Source of the DNA: Mytilus californianus
Lineage: Eukaryota
NCBI RefSeq assembly: GCF_021869535.1
Contig: NW_026262668.1
Coordinates: forward strand, 104,656,001 to 104,720,000
Reading direction: 5' to 3'
DNA: 64,000 nt
Both the position numbers and the translations under genes were made by a program. Shown piece after piece: positions 38,919 through 53,900 of this stretch. The stretch's first letter is position 1. Each line of letters starts with the position of its first letter. The notes under the pieces were generated by a model, which saw only the letters and a list, made by a program, of their open reading frames with translations, was not told the DNA's origin and did not search any database.

Positions 38919-41900
38919 CTATTTCAAAATAAAAATTAACTTCATATAAATATAAGCAAGTAAAAGTCATTCACAATAATTCTACAAGAAATGTAGGCTT
39001 GAGGTCACTTACAATGCAATTTTCCATATATTTCATATTTCCAAGGGTCATAGCTCTCTTAAAATAAATGGGGAATGTGTCCATGGGACACAGATGATGC
39101 CCCCGCTTGCATATTATATAAAGTTATAAAGGGACATAACTGAAGAACAGTAAAAGTGACGATACCCAAATTTGTACGTGATCTGAGTTTTGTGGAAATA
39201 AGTATTGTGTATAAGTTTCATAACATTTGATTGAGGCAAACTTAAGTTAGAAAACGAAAACGAAAAATTCAGCAATTTTTCCATTTGTAATCATAGTTGG
39301 CATAACTCTAGAACAGTAAAAGTGACACAACCAAAATTCAAACTTAATCTGTATTTTGTGGTAATAAGCATTGTGTATAAGTTTCATAACATTTGGTTCA
39401 GGTAAACTTAAGTTGGAGAACGGAAACAAAAAATTCCGCAATTTTTCCATTTATAAACGGGCATAACTCTAGAATTATTAAAGTGACACCACCAAAATTC
39501 AATCATGATCTGTATTATGTGGTAATAAGCATTGTGTATGAGTTTCATAACATTTGGTTTAGGCGAACTAAAGTTAAAGAACGGAAACCAACTTTGGGAT
39601 GTACGGATGGACGGACATACAGATGGACAAGGGTAAAACTTAATGCCCCCACTGCTACAGCGGGGGCATAAAAATAGTTATTTGGCACTGATTTTCAAAC
39701 TTGTCTTAGACATTGCTGATATAAATCTTTTGATATAAATTTCATAAAAATCTGGCAAGAATGGTACACATGCGGCTTACAAGACCAGACAGACACTTGG
39801 TATTTCCATGTCCCCCGCACCTCATTGCACAGTGGACAATAAGGAAGTTTTAAAAAGATATGCACTTCATAAGAATTAATACTAGCATTTTGCACATTTG
39901 ATCTGTTTCATGGATTATCAAATTATTGTGCACTTACAGGTCACATTTGTTTCTATTCAATTGTATAATGTGGTTTCAAAAACCTACTTTGTAAACACTC
40001 AACCTCCACCTAGACTAAGATATTATACTAATATGATCTACAGTACAGAGGAGCATTGGCTACAGTATCAATAATGTCCCCTTTAAACAGTTATAACTTG
40101 CCATGTATAAACACGGCGTAATTGAAAAGGTTTATTAAAGACTTTGAATGCTTGTTCATTGTTGAAGGCCAAAATCAGGATCAGATTTTTTTTTTGGTAT
40201 ACCAGTGCTGTTTGGGTGTCAACTAATTGGCTTTTACTCAATTTTTCCTTTTATAAACGCTTATCCATATAAAATTTAAGATTGATTACCTGTATACGAT
40301 CCTGAACACCTGTACTATCCATGCGACTTGCCACGTTTACACTGTTTCCCCAGATATCATAATGAGGTTTCCTAGCACCAATTACACCTGCCACTATAGG
40401 TCCAACATTCATGCCTAAACAAACAAGTCGTATTACAATTGAGGATAAGTTAAGACTAGTTTAGTTTAAAAATTTAAGTATATAAGTTTTTATGTACATT
40501 TACTGTATATTTTATAAAAAATCATTTTTTCCCAAAATAATAGTTATCAAAGTTATTTTCCCAGAGATTTTCATGGAATTTTCACTTACAACAAACAGTA
40601 GAATTATTCAATGTTTTCTGAAAATTATTTTTAATAATTTTGTGGATTACAGTTTTCAAGAATTAATCATGTTAACACAATCTGAATTTCTGACATCACT
40701 ATTTACCAATTATATATAGTATGAACCCATAATGTCAGAAATGCATTAACATTGTGTTTAAACATAGCATTTAACGAAATAAATCCAAAGTTTAGTTGTA
40801 CTTTCAACTTTTATAGCATATAACTGTCCTTTATGTAGTCTGAATCATAGCTGTTTAACACTTCTTCACCCTATAAGCCAAGGGCTGTTTTATGATGAGT
40901 AGGAGGCAAACATTGAGCAGAAACCTGTTCATTTGGTTAGTGAATATATTTTCAACAGTCAAAATTCACTATTAACAGACTACCTTATATTATCCTTTTT
41001 TTATGAATCTTTTAAGCTAATGCAATACAATTTGTGTTAAAAGCCTGATTTAAGACTTACCAATCCTTAACTTGAAGTTATTGAATGAATGTTCATTGAC
41101 ATACTGGAGTTGTTCTCTGAGTGAGAAAGCAAACTCTGCCAGGGCTACAATATGCCTCATGTCAGCGTAGTTTGTTTCCTTAGTTAAACCTGAGGCTGTC
41201 ATGTAACTCGATCCTATTGTTTTGATTTTTTCTAAACATTTAAATCTCTCTTCACTGATGATCTAAAAATATAACAAATAATTGTTCAAATATACTACAT
41301 ATAAATATATAAATTTATTATTTAAATGGAACTGCAGACCTGAATCAAAGGGAACAATTTTCTCATAAAAATCAGTATGTCATAGAAACAATTTTTACAG
41401 TTGTTCTTTGACTAATTAAGTGAGATATTTTTGTCTTTCAATAGGGGACTACAATTAATTTTTATTAACAAAATGGTGAATGAATGGCCTAAATTGGCCT
41501 ATGAAATGAATTATTACAAAATCTTATGAATTCTATGCTAAAATACATGACAGATAACTGTAGTATAATACATGTATTCACTTTTTAACCCTTTTTGATG
41601 CAATCAGTATATATCAGTGATGATTTTATAAGTTTTGGATGTTTTACCATTGAAAACTGTTTAAAATGAAAGAAGAATGTGTCTGAGGACATGAATTCCC
41701 CCGCTTATGCTCTGCAATTTTCAAAGTTAAAAAGGGGCATACCTCTATAATGGTGACTCACTACACAAATTCGAACTAGGTCTGTGTGTTGTGGTTCTTA
41801 GCATTGTGTATCATTTTCATAAGATTGGAGGGGCCTCGGTGGCCGAGTGGTCTAAGTAGATACTACTGTAATCACTAGCCAGTCAACACTGAGGTTGTGA

Positions 41901-44900
41901 GTTCGAACCCCGCTCGTGCGAGTGCCCTCGACTCCAATCTTAATTGACTAGGATTGTCAGTTTTCCTATGGAAGGTCGGTGGTTTTCTCCGGGCACTCCG
42001 GCCTCCTCCACCAATAAAAACTGGCCGCCACGAAATAGCCCAAAAGCGGTGCTTAAAAGTGGCGTTAAAACACCAAAAATCAAATCAAATCATAAGATTG
42101 GAATGAGTAAAACTTAAGTTAGAGTGTGGAAAATGGGATGGACGGAAAGACGGAAAGACAGAGGGTCAAGGGTAACACTTAATGCCCCTTTTGCCTAGCG
42201 ACAGGGGGCATAAAAAATGCTAGACAGCATGTGCATATATATCTACTCTGAATAATACAAAAGATAGGTTATATCATTCTCTTGATTGTCGTCAGAAACC
42301 AAAAAGTATGTGATAATATAAATACCTCACAAGCTACTTATAATGCAATTCTATAACTGATTGTGAAGAATCAAAATGACTCAAAAATTATATCTATAGA
42401 ATGATTCCAAACCAGTTATGTATAAAAATTGGAAACAAATAGCATGATATTAAACCCTAAAGCAACGTAACTGTAGGGATAAATTTGAGACCTGTTTTGT
42501 CTTTCACACAGACTTTCACACTAAGCGCATATTCAGATAACTGAAGACAATCTTATAGAACTTGTTATATTAACTGAGGTGTGATCTAAGGTTTAGCTCC
42601 TACCTCATCAAAATCAGCTATTATTTCATTCAACAGCCTCAGACATTCCACTCCTTCATTGTTGCCCTCTAACTCAATGTAGAAATCATTAAAGTTGGCA
42701 ATAGATGCAAACATTATTCCTGTGTTATCTATATCTAAATGATACAGATCCTGTAAGAAAATAAAACCATTGTTATATTCCTTCTACAATGGTTAAAACA
42801 TATGCTTTTTCTTAAATTTACTTATCTATTGAAAGGTGTCAAACACAAGAAACTATTGAGAAGTAAAAACAGGAACCTACAATAACATCTCAAAATTTTA
42901 TAACTATTTCTTTTAAAATATAATTATATATGGTAACTCCTGTTATTTCATACAAAAAATATTATTCTGTGTTTATGGTAACGAGATGTCTTTCTTTTAT
43001 TACCTTGGATCTGAGGTTTCTCTTATTGACATTAAAGTATGATTAATATGTTTCAGACAACTCTCCAGATAAAAAAATGGAAAAAATTGAAAGATTATTC
43101 AAAACATTTATACAAACCATGAGGGCATATTTACCTCATCTTTCTTATGTTGATTTTTGAGGAAATTCTCAGCCACATGTAGAGGTAATATATTTGCTAT
43201 CAGTTTGAGATTGTATGCTCGTAAACTTTCCATTTGTTCTTTCTCTTCTGTAGCCTATTATATGAAACCATGATTGATTAATGGGAGAGAGACAGGTTTT
43301 AAAGTGTTCTGTTGTATATTATTAAAATTTGTGAATGTTTGGTGAACAAGGATCAAGAAATGGTCATGTTTGCCAGTCATGACCTAAACTGAAAGCTATT
43401 TTTCCTAAACGGCAGATTGGGATTTAGGACAAATTCATTTATTTTACAGAAATAATTTCGGTCATTTCTTTGAGATCAGGTTTTTTTCTCTCACTATTTT
43501 GCACTTGTTTTGTTTTGTAATCCCTTTCCTGTAATAAAACTGCCACTCCAGTATAGTATGATAATCCTGAGGGCTCTCCTAATAACCATATTACTGGTAA
43601 TGCTCCCTGAAATATTGGCTAATGATCGCTTATCATTTTTCACCTGTGTTTTTTATTCACACCTGACAGTCATTGGTGTAGCTTACGTTGAAGCAACCGA
43701 GGCAGTTGCCTCGGTTAAAAAATAAATTAAAAAAAATAAAAAACTTTTCCTTTTTAATCTTTTAAACGATTTTCACCTTTTTCCACCTATTGCAGCAGAC
43801 TAGCTACTAAACGCTAATATACCGACTAAAATGTTTTGTCTTGTTGTCGCTATTGATTCATACCCTTTGCCAATTCAAGGCTTATAGAAACATTTTCCTC
43901 CTCTACTTGGAAATCCCCTCTACGGTAGTTTTCTGTAATCTAAATTTGTCGGAGTAAAAAAAATCGACAAAATATTTATTTAGTCCTAACCCATTGCAAG
44001 CAAAATCTGTAGAATACGATCGAGTCACTTAATCATTGAATCGGGTAAATTATTTAATTTTGTGTGAGAATAATTTCTAGTATATGTGGGTATGGATGAG
44101 GTTTATAGAAAACAGAAAAATCGGCCCTGAAATTAATTTAAACTTAAAAAAATAGAGATTTGAAATGGTGCTAAAATATAAAAGAATGGAAAATCAAATT
44201 GTGGTCGAAAATAATAAAAAATAAATATTTGAAAACCCCATTCTGATCATTCAAACCCTCATTTATAACCGTGACGTCTAAAATTGAAACATCGGTGTGT
44301 GTTGACATTTTCCCCTACTTGTAGAACTTCAAATACACAGAGTTTCATCGACTTTGGTACCAATCAAAATAAAATATGCATCAATCAACATGCACAGAAA
44401 AAACATTTATATGTTGCGGTTCTCAAGTTTTATTCTAGCGATTTTAAATTTATAGTTTTCACTAGCAGGGAATTTAAATATTTAAAGGATTCACTAATTC
44501 CAGAGAAATATTTATCATATGTCTGTTAGATACATAATGTCAGTTTATATATAAAAATTTCAACCAAATATTGTTTTCATTTATTATGAAGACTTCAGAG
44601 TAACGTACATGTTAGTACTTAGCCGATTGTACTTTCATATTGAATGGAAAAAAGTTCAAAACCATTTAATAATTTGGAGACCTTCCAATGAATACCAGGA
44701 CGAAACACAACCAATACAAGTGCCATGGTGCACTTTACATGTAGCATGTGTTTATCTCCTAGTTCATCAAGAAATTCTGCTGTTCAATCCATCCGTCTTT
44801 TGAGATGATTATCTATAATTCGCTGATTCGTGACCCATGACCAAGGGAGTAAATGATCATCACAAAAATTATTTCAAATAAACCTTAATCCTTGCGTTTG

Positions 44901-47900
44901 TTTTTCTGTATTGAAAATTCTGTACAGGTTTCTTCTGTCCATCGAACAAGGTCATGATTTTTTTTGATATGACGTTAAATCATATGCCACAGTGATGTAC
45001 AGCCACCTATATTAGAGTGTATGACGGCTTGGAAATATATTGGGAGATTAGGTTTTTGAGCTGGCTTTCAGTTATTGCTAGAAAGTCAGGAAACTGACTT
45101 GTCAGTGGTTGTCTTATGTGATATCTTCAAGTGTTTTTTTTAACTTGAGTCGACCATAGATTAGATAGTATCGGTTTAAATCATACACAACTTTCTATAG
45201 ACTCAGGAAAATTTTGAACTGGAGAAATCCATCTCCTGTATTCGTAAAGAATTTTTAATCTGTGTAGTCTACTGAAAGGATTGGATTCTAGTGAAAAAGT
45301 GGTAAATGCTTTTGAATAATGTATTCATCTGAACATTGAAAATGATGCAGGTTCCAGAAATCACAAATAAATCAGTAGTATAACTTAGTGTAAGGCATAT
45401 TAACATTATTATGTTGAATTTAAATTAAACAACAACTATTATTTTTAATAGATTCTTCTTGTTCAAATTGTAAAACCTCGATAGTTTCTGGGGGGCGCAG
45501 ACCCCCTGCATCGGTAAAACCAGAAAGCAAGCTACGCCACTGACAGTGATCACAAGCTCAGAACTATTATTATAAAGAAATTTAAATTCTATGACAACTT
45601 GCTTCATTATTTAATTACTTTTCAGCAAAGACAATCGACAATTCTGATTTAAAATGAAAACTTGATTAATTTACGTAGAAAAAGTAATTTTTCCACGATT
45701 CAAACGTGTTCATTTACTTTATGTAATACACATGTGTTAAATTGTCTTCACCAGATAAGACACTTGCTCGTAAAATGCAAAATGATTTCATGCTAAATTA
45801 AACAAGTATAAGTGCAACTATTATCTGTTATATTCAAACACTTTTAAAGGTAATGAATTAAAATCACACGATTTCCTGTCAATTTGAGAAACAGAACAAA
45901 TCCGGGAAATGAATCCAGAAATACCCGGTTCTCGTAGTTAAGTATTGTCGTGAAACTTGTGGTTTTAATTTTGTCTTCGAAATCAAAAGAAACCTTAGCG
46001 AGAAATTTACCATTTAGAGTCTTTAAAATCATTTCAACATTAAACTGTTGCACTCCATTAACTATTATTGAACGTTTTTAGAAAAATAGCAAGAAAATTC
46101 ATGAGGTAAATGCCATGAAACAGTCCACACAAGTTCTTCGATGCTATGAATCTAGTGGGAATAATTTCAACAGTTTGAAAAAAAGTGGGACAACTCATGT
46201 TTAATTGACATACCAAGAAAATCCTTGAAGTATATATTTTGACATTGCTCCTTTGATTCATAAAAAAAAAACTATCAAATTAAAATCTTATTTAACTTCA
46301 GGTTTTGAATGATTCACACTGCAAATAATCCACTATATTACATATATACTGGCACCACCCTGTAAAAATTATTACTTAGGTTTAGAAAGAAATGCATTGA
46401 ATTACAATTATTTAGGTTTAGAAAGAAATGCATTAATTACAACTACTTATAGATAGAAATGCATTAATTACAACTACTTATAGATAGAAAGAAATGCATT
46501 TAATTACAATTATTTAGTTTTGCATAGAAATGTAGATGTGTAGATGTGCATATAACTTTTTATAACAACTGTGCAAAAAAGCTAAACTTTTGTAGATTTC
46601 GTGTTTCCATAAAATATTTTTCTAAGTTTGAGAGCAATTAACAAAACAGCCTGAAACATAAATTTGCCATTGTTCATAAAAAAAAATCATGCACATCAAC
46701 ATTATACGCACAACTAGGCAAAATTTCATTGGTGTCCTACCAATACTTTTGGAAATTTTGTGTTTACCAAATTTTAGATGGACAAAGTGAAAACTAGAGG
46801 GATCCCACATCCACGATGCGCTAATAAAATATTGGCATGATATCAAAGAGTACATTTGATTTATTTTTGCGAAACATAAGGACTTATGGACTGACCGTCT
46901 TACAGACAGGTCAAAATATATATACCCAAAACCTTTTCTTTATAAAACTACTTAACATATAAAGCATTTTTGTTAACAGACAGTTACGGCTCTCATGGTA
47001 GCAACTAACAGCAACTTAGTTCTGGTACTGACCAGGGGAATCTGACTGTCATATATTTTTTTTTAAAATGGGGACTGTACTGATGACATCCAATAAGAAA
47101 TTCAATATCAAATGTCCTGTTTTCTTCTATTTTTCTGTAAGTAAATTTTATATTTTGGTACATACATGAAGTTGCTGTATAAGCACAAAATACATTTATT
47201 GTCAGCAAATATAAAATTCAAATGTATGTTAGTGTAGCTTTTGAAACATGCACAAAAGTGGCAATGAAAGTTTATTGTCTAAATATAACTAAATGAAAAT
47301 GCCAAAACTCCTCTATAAATTGTTACTGAATTCAAAATGGCCATTTAATACGATCATCAAAAATTTAATTACAAATATCCTATAAAAATATAAGATGTCT
47401 TCTAATTAATTGCATACATTAGATATTTGTGTTATCTATACACTGTACAGGTTAATTAAAAGGGACAAAACTCCATTAGGAAGTTACAATATCAATATGA
47501 TAACAAGATATATGGTCATTTAAACAATGTCCATAAGTTACTTATAAAATACCTGAATTTTCCATAAGAAATCTAATCTTGCAGTTGCTTCAACCTGCTG
47601 ACTGTGTACAAATAACAAAACCACAAAGAAAATCAAAAACAAAATTATCTCCCATTTCAGAGGTATCACCGTCAAGGTATCCCACGTGTTTATACTGGAA
47701 ATAGACAACATACACATATCACAGCTAATAATTCTACAAATGAAAAAAAATTTCAGCTCTATCATAAGTAAAAATAGTGTCTATACTGAAGAACTTAGTA
47801 CCGGACTGATTACCTATTCTAACACAATACCCCAGTGATTACCTTTTCTACCACAATACCCCAGTGATAACCTTTCCTAATGCAATACCCAGTTATAACC

Positions 47901-50900
47901 TATTCTAACACAATACCCCACTGATGAACTTTCTACCACAATACCCCACTGATTACCTATTCTACCACAATACCCAAGTGATAAACTTTTCTAACACAAT
48001 ACCCCAGTGATTAACTTTTCTAACGCAATGCCCCAGTGATTACCTCTCTACCACAATACCCCACGGATGACCTTTTCTACCACAATACCCCAGTGATTAC
48101 TTTTTCTACCACAATACCCCAGTGATTACCTTTTCTACCACAATACCCAAGTGATAAACTTTTCTAACACAATACCCCAGTGATTACCTTTTCTACCACA
48201 ATATCCCAGTGATTACCTTTTCTACCACAATATCCAAGTGATTACCTTTTCTACCACAATACCCCAGTGATTACCTTTTCTACCACAATACCCCAGTGAT
48301 AACATTTTCTACCACAATACCCCAGTGATAACCTTTTCTACCACAATACCCCATTGATAACCTATTCTACCATAATACCCTAGTGATTACCATTTCTACC
48401 ACAATACCCCAGTGATTACCTTTTCTACCACAATACCCCAGTGATTACCTATTCTACCATAATACCCCAGTGATATTCTATTCTACCATAATATTCATGT
48501 GATTACCTATTCTACCATTATTACCCAATGATTATATATTCTACCACAATACCCCACTGATTACCTATTCTATCACAATAACCAACTGATTACATATTTA
48601 ACCACAATTCCGCAGTGATTACATATTCTACCACAATACAGCACCGATTACCTATTCTACCAGATTACCCCAATGATTACCTATTCTACTACAAATCCCA
48701 GTGATTACCTATTCTACCATACTGCACCATTGGTATATGTATATTCTGTTTAGAAAATAGACAGCAAAAGAAGTTTAATCAAACATTAATGAGTTTGGAA
48801 AGTTTGAGATGTGATGTATTTGGATTTGTGTATTTATGAAGGTAAATTCAGAAAAGCTTTCAAACATATCAAATTTAAAAAGTGTTTTTTCATTTTTCTA
48901 CCACTGGGTCAATACCACTGCTGGTGGACTGCTAATCCCCAAATGTATCATCAGCTCAGTAATAAGTCAATTGGAACTAACAGGATTTATTTCATTCTTT
49001 GTTGATAAATTTAGAAATGATTAATAAACTAAAGTTCCAAGTCCCTAAGGCAAAGTTGATCTTAGGTAGATTTGGCTATTCTTTTTAGATCCCTATATAG
49101 CACCTCACGTATTCAAGTATTTATACATCCTTTGGCTTTTAAATTTTTGGATTTGTCAGTTCCTAATGAAAGTATATCCAGACAAGTGCTTTGGACGCAT
49201 CAAATTTATAAAGTGGTATTTTCACTTTAGAGCAATACCAGAGTAATACAATAGTCACAACCATGAGATAGATTTACTTCTTTGGGGTTTATGAATAATT
49301 GGCTCTGTTATAACTATAAAGCTTTGTGTTTTACCATCTGCTGCTATCTAGTTTGCAAAATTAGAACATCAAGATTATTTATTTACTTACCCTCTATTAG
49401 CACTAATAAGAAAATCTCTGTTGTTAAGGAGATCAACAAAGAATACTTCCACCAATAACAAGTGGAAGAATGCCATCACAGTCCATACCAATAATTTCAG
49501 GACACTGCTGGCTTGTATGAACACGCCTAATGCTATCATCACCAACAACATACAAAATGATAGATACTGAAAAATATAAAAACATTCTCTTCTAACGCTA
49601 TCATCACCAACAACATACAAAATGATAGATACTGAAAAATATAAAAACATTCTCTTCTAACGCTATCATCACCAACAACATACAAAATGATAGATACTGA
49701 AAAATATAAAAACATTCTCTTCTAACGCTATCATCACCAACAACATACAAAATGATAGATACTGATAAATATAAAAACATTCTCTTCTAACGCTTTCATC
49801 ACCAACAACATACAAAATGATAGATACTGAAAAATATAAAAACATTCTCTTCTTACGCTATCATCAGCAACAACATACAAAATGATAGATACTGAAAAAT
49901 ATAAAAACATTCTCTTCTAATGCTATCATCACCAACAACATACAAAATGATTTGGACTAAAAATATAAACAGAACACAAGATGGTTTGTATGTCCACTCT
50001 TATTGCTCTCATCACCAACAACATACAAAGTATGCACTGAAAAAACATAACACGGCTGGCTTGTACAAACACTCCTAATGCACTCATCACCAACAATTGG
50101 AAATGTAATAAACAATCTGAGGTCACAATACAATATGATTGAAATACAAGTCATGTGTCCACGCTTTGCTTACATGGATCTGAAAACATTTTGTTCTACT
50201 TTCTATTCTGGTAATTATTACAATAGCCAATGCAATGTCTTCCTTCAAATTTTTAAAGGTGTTTATCATTACGACAAAACCAGAGGATCCCAAAAGTCTT
50301 TAAAACAGAAAGTAGATCGGAGCTGGCTCAGATCTTTGCAAGCAAAGTGTGGACTCAATATTACAATCAGATGGTCACAATACCAATACTACTGAAAATG
50401 TCAAATAATTCTGTGTATCAAAGCAGTACAGTAATGCAGAGAATATCAGTTTAAAAAATTATAGACAGAATGTTCTTAAGTTACAGATAATCTATAATAA
50501 CAGATGAACAGTGATAAGTCACATGATCCTTTGTGCATAATTAGTTATAAATATATCATATTTACCTCTGGAAAATGTGATGTTTTATGTTGAGGATTAC
50601 ATATTGAATTCTCGATACCGAGACTGATATTGGCCTGGTCAAGATGTGTTAGGTTGACTGATGATACAGGAATACCAAAATGCGTGGACAGACATTCTTT
50701 TAAATTATACTGATATACAGACACCTGAAATTACAATATAACTGACAATAAATATAGGAAGCATTCATTTAGTAATAAAAAAATTCAAATATAACTTTTG
50801 GTACACTCTTGTTACTAATTAATTATAAAACAGCTCTTAGAATATGTTCCCATTATAAAATTATGGTATCATATGAGAAGTAAAAACTGTACAATTAAAT

Positions 50901-53900
50901 GTGATATTATCATCACAGTATCCAAGCTAATTATATGATCACTTGATAAAATTGTATATTTTTACGTACATTACATTATACAGTACTTTACTGGAGTGTT
51001 AAAAATCTTCAAGATTTGGATAAGCTGAGGTTCAGTTTGTCTCCATTAAGCATTAACACTCCAGAAGTAGATACCGCATAGCAGTTTTTTTCACAGGTGT
51101 AAAATTTCTCAATTTGGGGCATCCACATATACAAAAAATTTTGGCGGTTATTATTTTAGTGGATTCTTAATTCCCAATTAAATATTTTGGCAGATATTGA
51201 CATGGTTGCAATTATAAAGTTGTAAAAATTAACAGTGAAACATATCTTTGCTGTAGTTCTATATAAATACAAGAAATTAGAAGAAATAATTATTCTAATG
51301 CTAAAAAGAAATACATATGGATAATGAAAAACAATATTTGAGGTAAAACACATGTTTTGAATTGTAAAATATTTACAAAAGTGTATCAAATTTACTTGTC
51401 TTGTGGCGTTTTTGCTAGAGGAAGTCTATCTTATCTATTGATTACATGGCATTTATGTTGTTAAAACTAACATATACTGTTATTGACCTGCTGACCGGAA
51501 TAATATAGATCGTTTACAAAACGCTTTAGCTATTAGAAAGTACGGAACTTATGCATAAATTTTCTCATAATCGTCAGCTTTGGTCTTTAAAGATAACATT
51601 TTTATTGTATAAAACCAGAGATGGGTCTGATTACTTTCAATGTAATTGATTAAATTACAATTACTTTGTCAATTGTAGGATTAAATTAAATTAATGATTA
51701 CACCATTTCTCAAAATAACTAATTAAATCAATAATTACAATGGCAAGTAATCATGATTACATCTGATAACAATGAATTTCAAAATAACCCATTGTATAGA
51801 TGTTAATGAATAAAGGTTAAAATAATCATTAAAATAACATTTTGTTGAAAAGTAATTGATTAAATTAAATTAAAAAATGAATACAGTATGCAATCAAATC
51901 TATAGATTGTCTTGAAGACAAAAGTCGCAGGCTCAACAAAAATGGGAAAAAAATATTAAAAATTTTCCTCTAGATACTATCTTTTGATTGTAGGAAGCTT
52001 CTGTCCAAGTTTGGTAAAAATCCAGGATGGTTTATGAATCTAATAAATGTTTTAAAAACTTTAACTGCAGACTGTATGTAATGTTAACTGGAAGAAAAAC
52101 TAAGTCCATTTATAAGTAATATATGGAATAACAGGAAATAAATTTTTACAAAATTTCCTACTAGATACTAGCTTTTGATCATAAACAAGGTTCTGTCCAA
52201 GTTTGGTAGAAATCCAGGATAGTTTAAGAAAGTTATTGAAATTTTAAAAACTTTAACCACAGAGTGAATGTAATGTTAACTGGCAGAAAAACTAAGTCCA
52301 TTTATAAGTAAAATACAAATAAAACAGGATTTTTTTTTTTACAAAATTTACTTCTGAATACTATCTTATGATCATAAACAAGCTTCTGTCCAAGTTTGGT
52401 AGAAATCCAGGATAGTTTAAGAAAGTTATTAAAATTTCAAAAACTTTAACTACAGAGTGAATATTTGTGGACGCCGCCGCCATCGCAGACGAAGGATTGT
52501 AGGATCAATATGTCTCGCTTTTGCGACAAAAGTCGCAGGCTCAACAAAAATCTAATTTTGAGTTCTTTTCATTCATACTTAGATATAGTAAAAAAAACTA
52601 ACACAAAAAGAAATTTTGATACAAGATGTCTAATACAAAGATCTTAATGTAGGTAAAATATCTTTTTTTTCTAAGCCTTGGGTCATATTTAATTTTTTGG
52701 CTGCATTGAATATCAGTTTTTCAAAGGTCAATTAAACCATATATTTACCAAAACAAAAACCATAATTGTTTTATTCCATATTCCTAGAGATGTTTATGAG
52801 ATATATAATGATACTTGTCATAGGAAATGAGGCACTAGAATGCAGATATTTAATGATACATGTCATAGGAAATAAGGCATTAGAATGCTGATATATAAAA
52901 ATACATGTTATAGGAAATAAGGCACTAGAATGCAGATATATAATGATTCTTGCAATAGGAAATGAGGCACTTGAATGTAGGTATACAATGCTACTTCATC
53001 AAAGAAAACAATGCACTAGAATGTAGGTATATAATGATACTTCATCAAAGGTAATAAGGCACTAGAATGTAGGTATATAATGATACTTCATCATAGGTAA
53101 TAAGGCACTAGAATGAAGATATATAATGATACTTCATCATAGGTAATAAGGCACTAGAATGTAGGTATATAATGATACTTCATCATAGGTAATAAGGCAC
53201 TAGAATGTAGGTATATAATTATACTTCATCATAGGTAATAAGGCACTAGAATGTAGGTATATAATTATACTTCATCATAGGTAATAAGGCACTAGAATGT
53301 AGGTATATAATGATACTTCATCAAAGGTAATAAGGCACTAGAATGAAGATATATAATGATACTTCATCATAGGTAATAAGGCACTAGAATGAAGATATAT
53401 AATGATACTTCATCATAGGTAATAAGGCCCTAGAATGCAGATATATATAGATTCTACCACTGCATCGAGTGTGATACGATATTTATCCACTCGAGACAGT
53501 TAAATTGTCAAATTTAAAAACGCGAGGCTTGCCGAGCGTTTTAAATATTTAAGATTTAACTGTCGAGAGTGGATAAATATTGTATTACACGAGATTTGGT
53601 GGTGGAATCTGTTTCTCTAATGATTTTCAAACAATACACAGGCAAATGTATTTCTTTCTTTTCGAATGATCTGCAAAAAGATGTGTTCTTTCTTTGTGAG
53701 GTCATCAGGCATGGTCGCCTTTTTTCATGCAGTCACAATAGGAAATTCAGAGGAAAGCAAGAAAATTCGACGTCATAATCAGATTTTAACCAATGAAGAA
53801 CAGAGATCAAACGAACCACACATTGATTAAATTTTTTTTAATCAATGGGTGCAAAAAGGGATAAATTGACAAAGAATTAGAGAAATAATGATACTTCATC

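Noticed and set aside
40666-40764. Imperfect intronic hairpin as a pre-miRNA
   Set aside because: Only about 10 contiguous paired bases with a large AT-rich loop; no support without folding or small-RNA data.
41831-41915. tRNA gene
   Set aside because: A and B boxes are present, but the sequence continues into a SINE core and tail with a TSD. No convincing cloverleaf.
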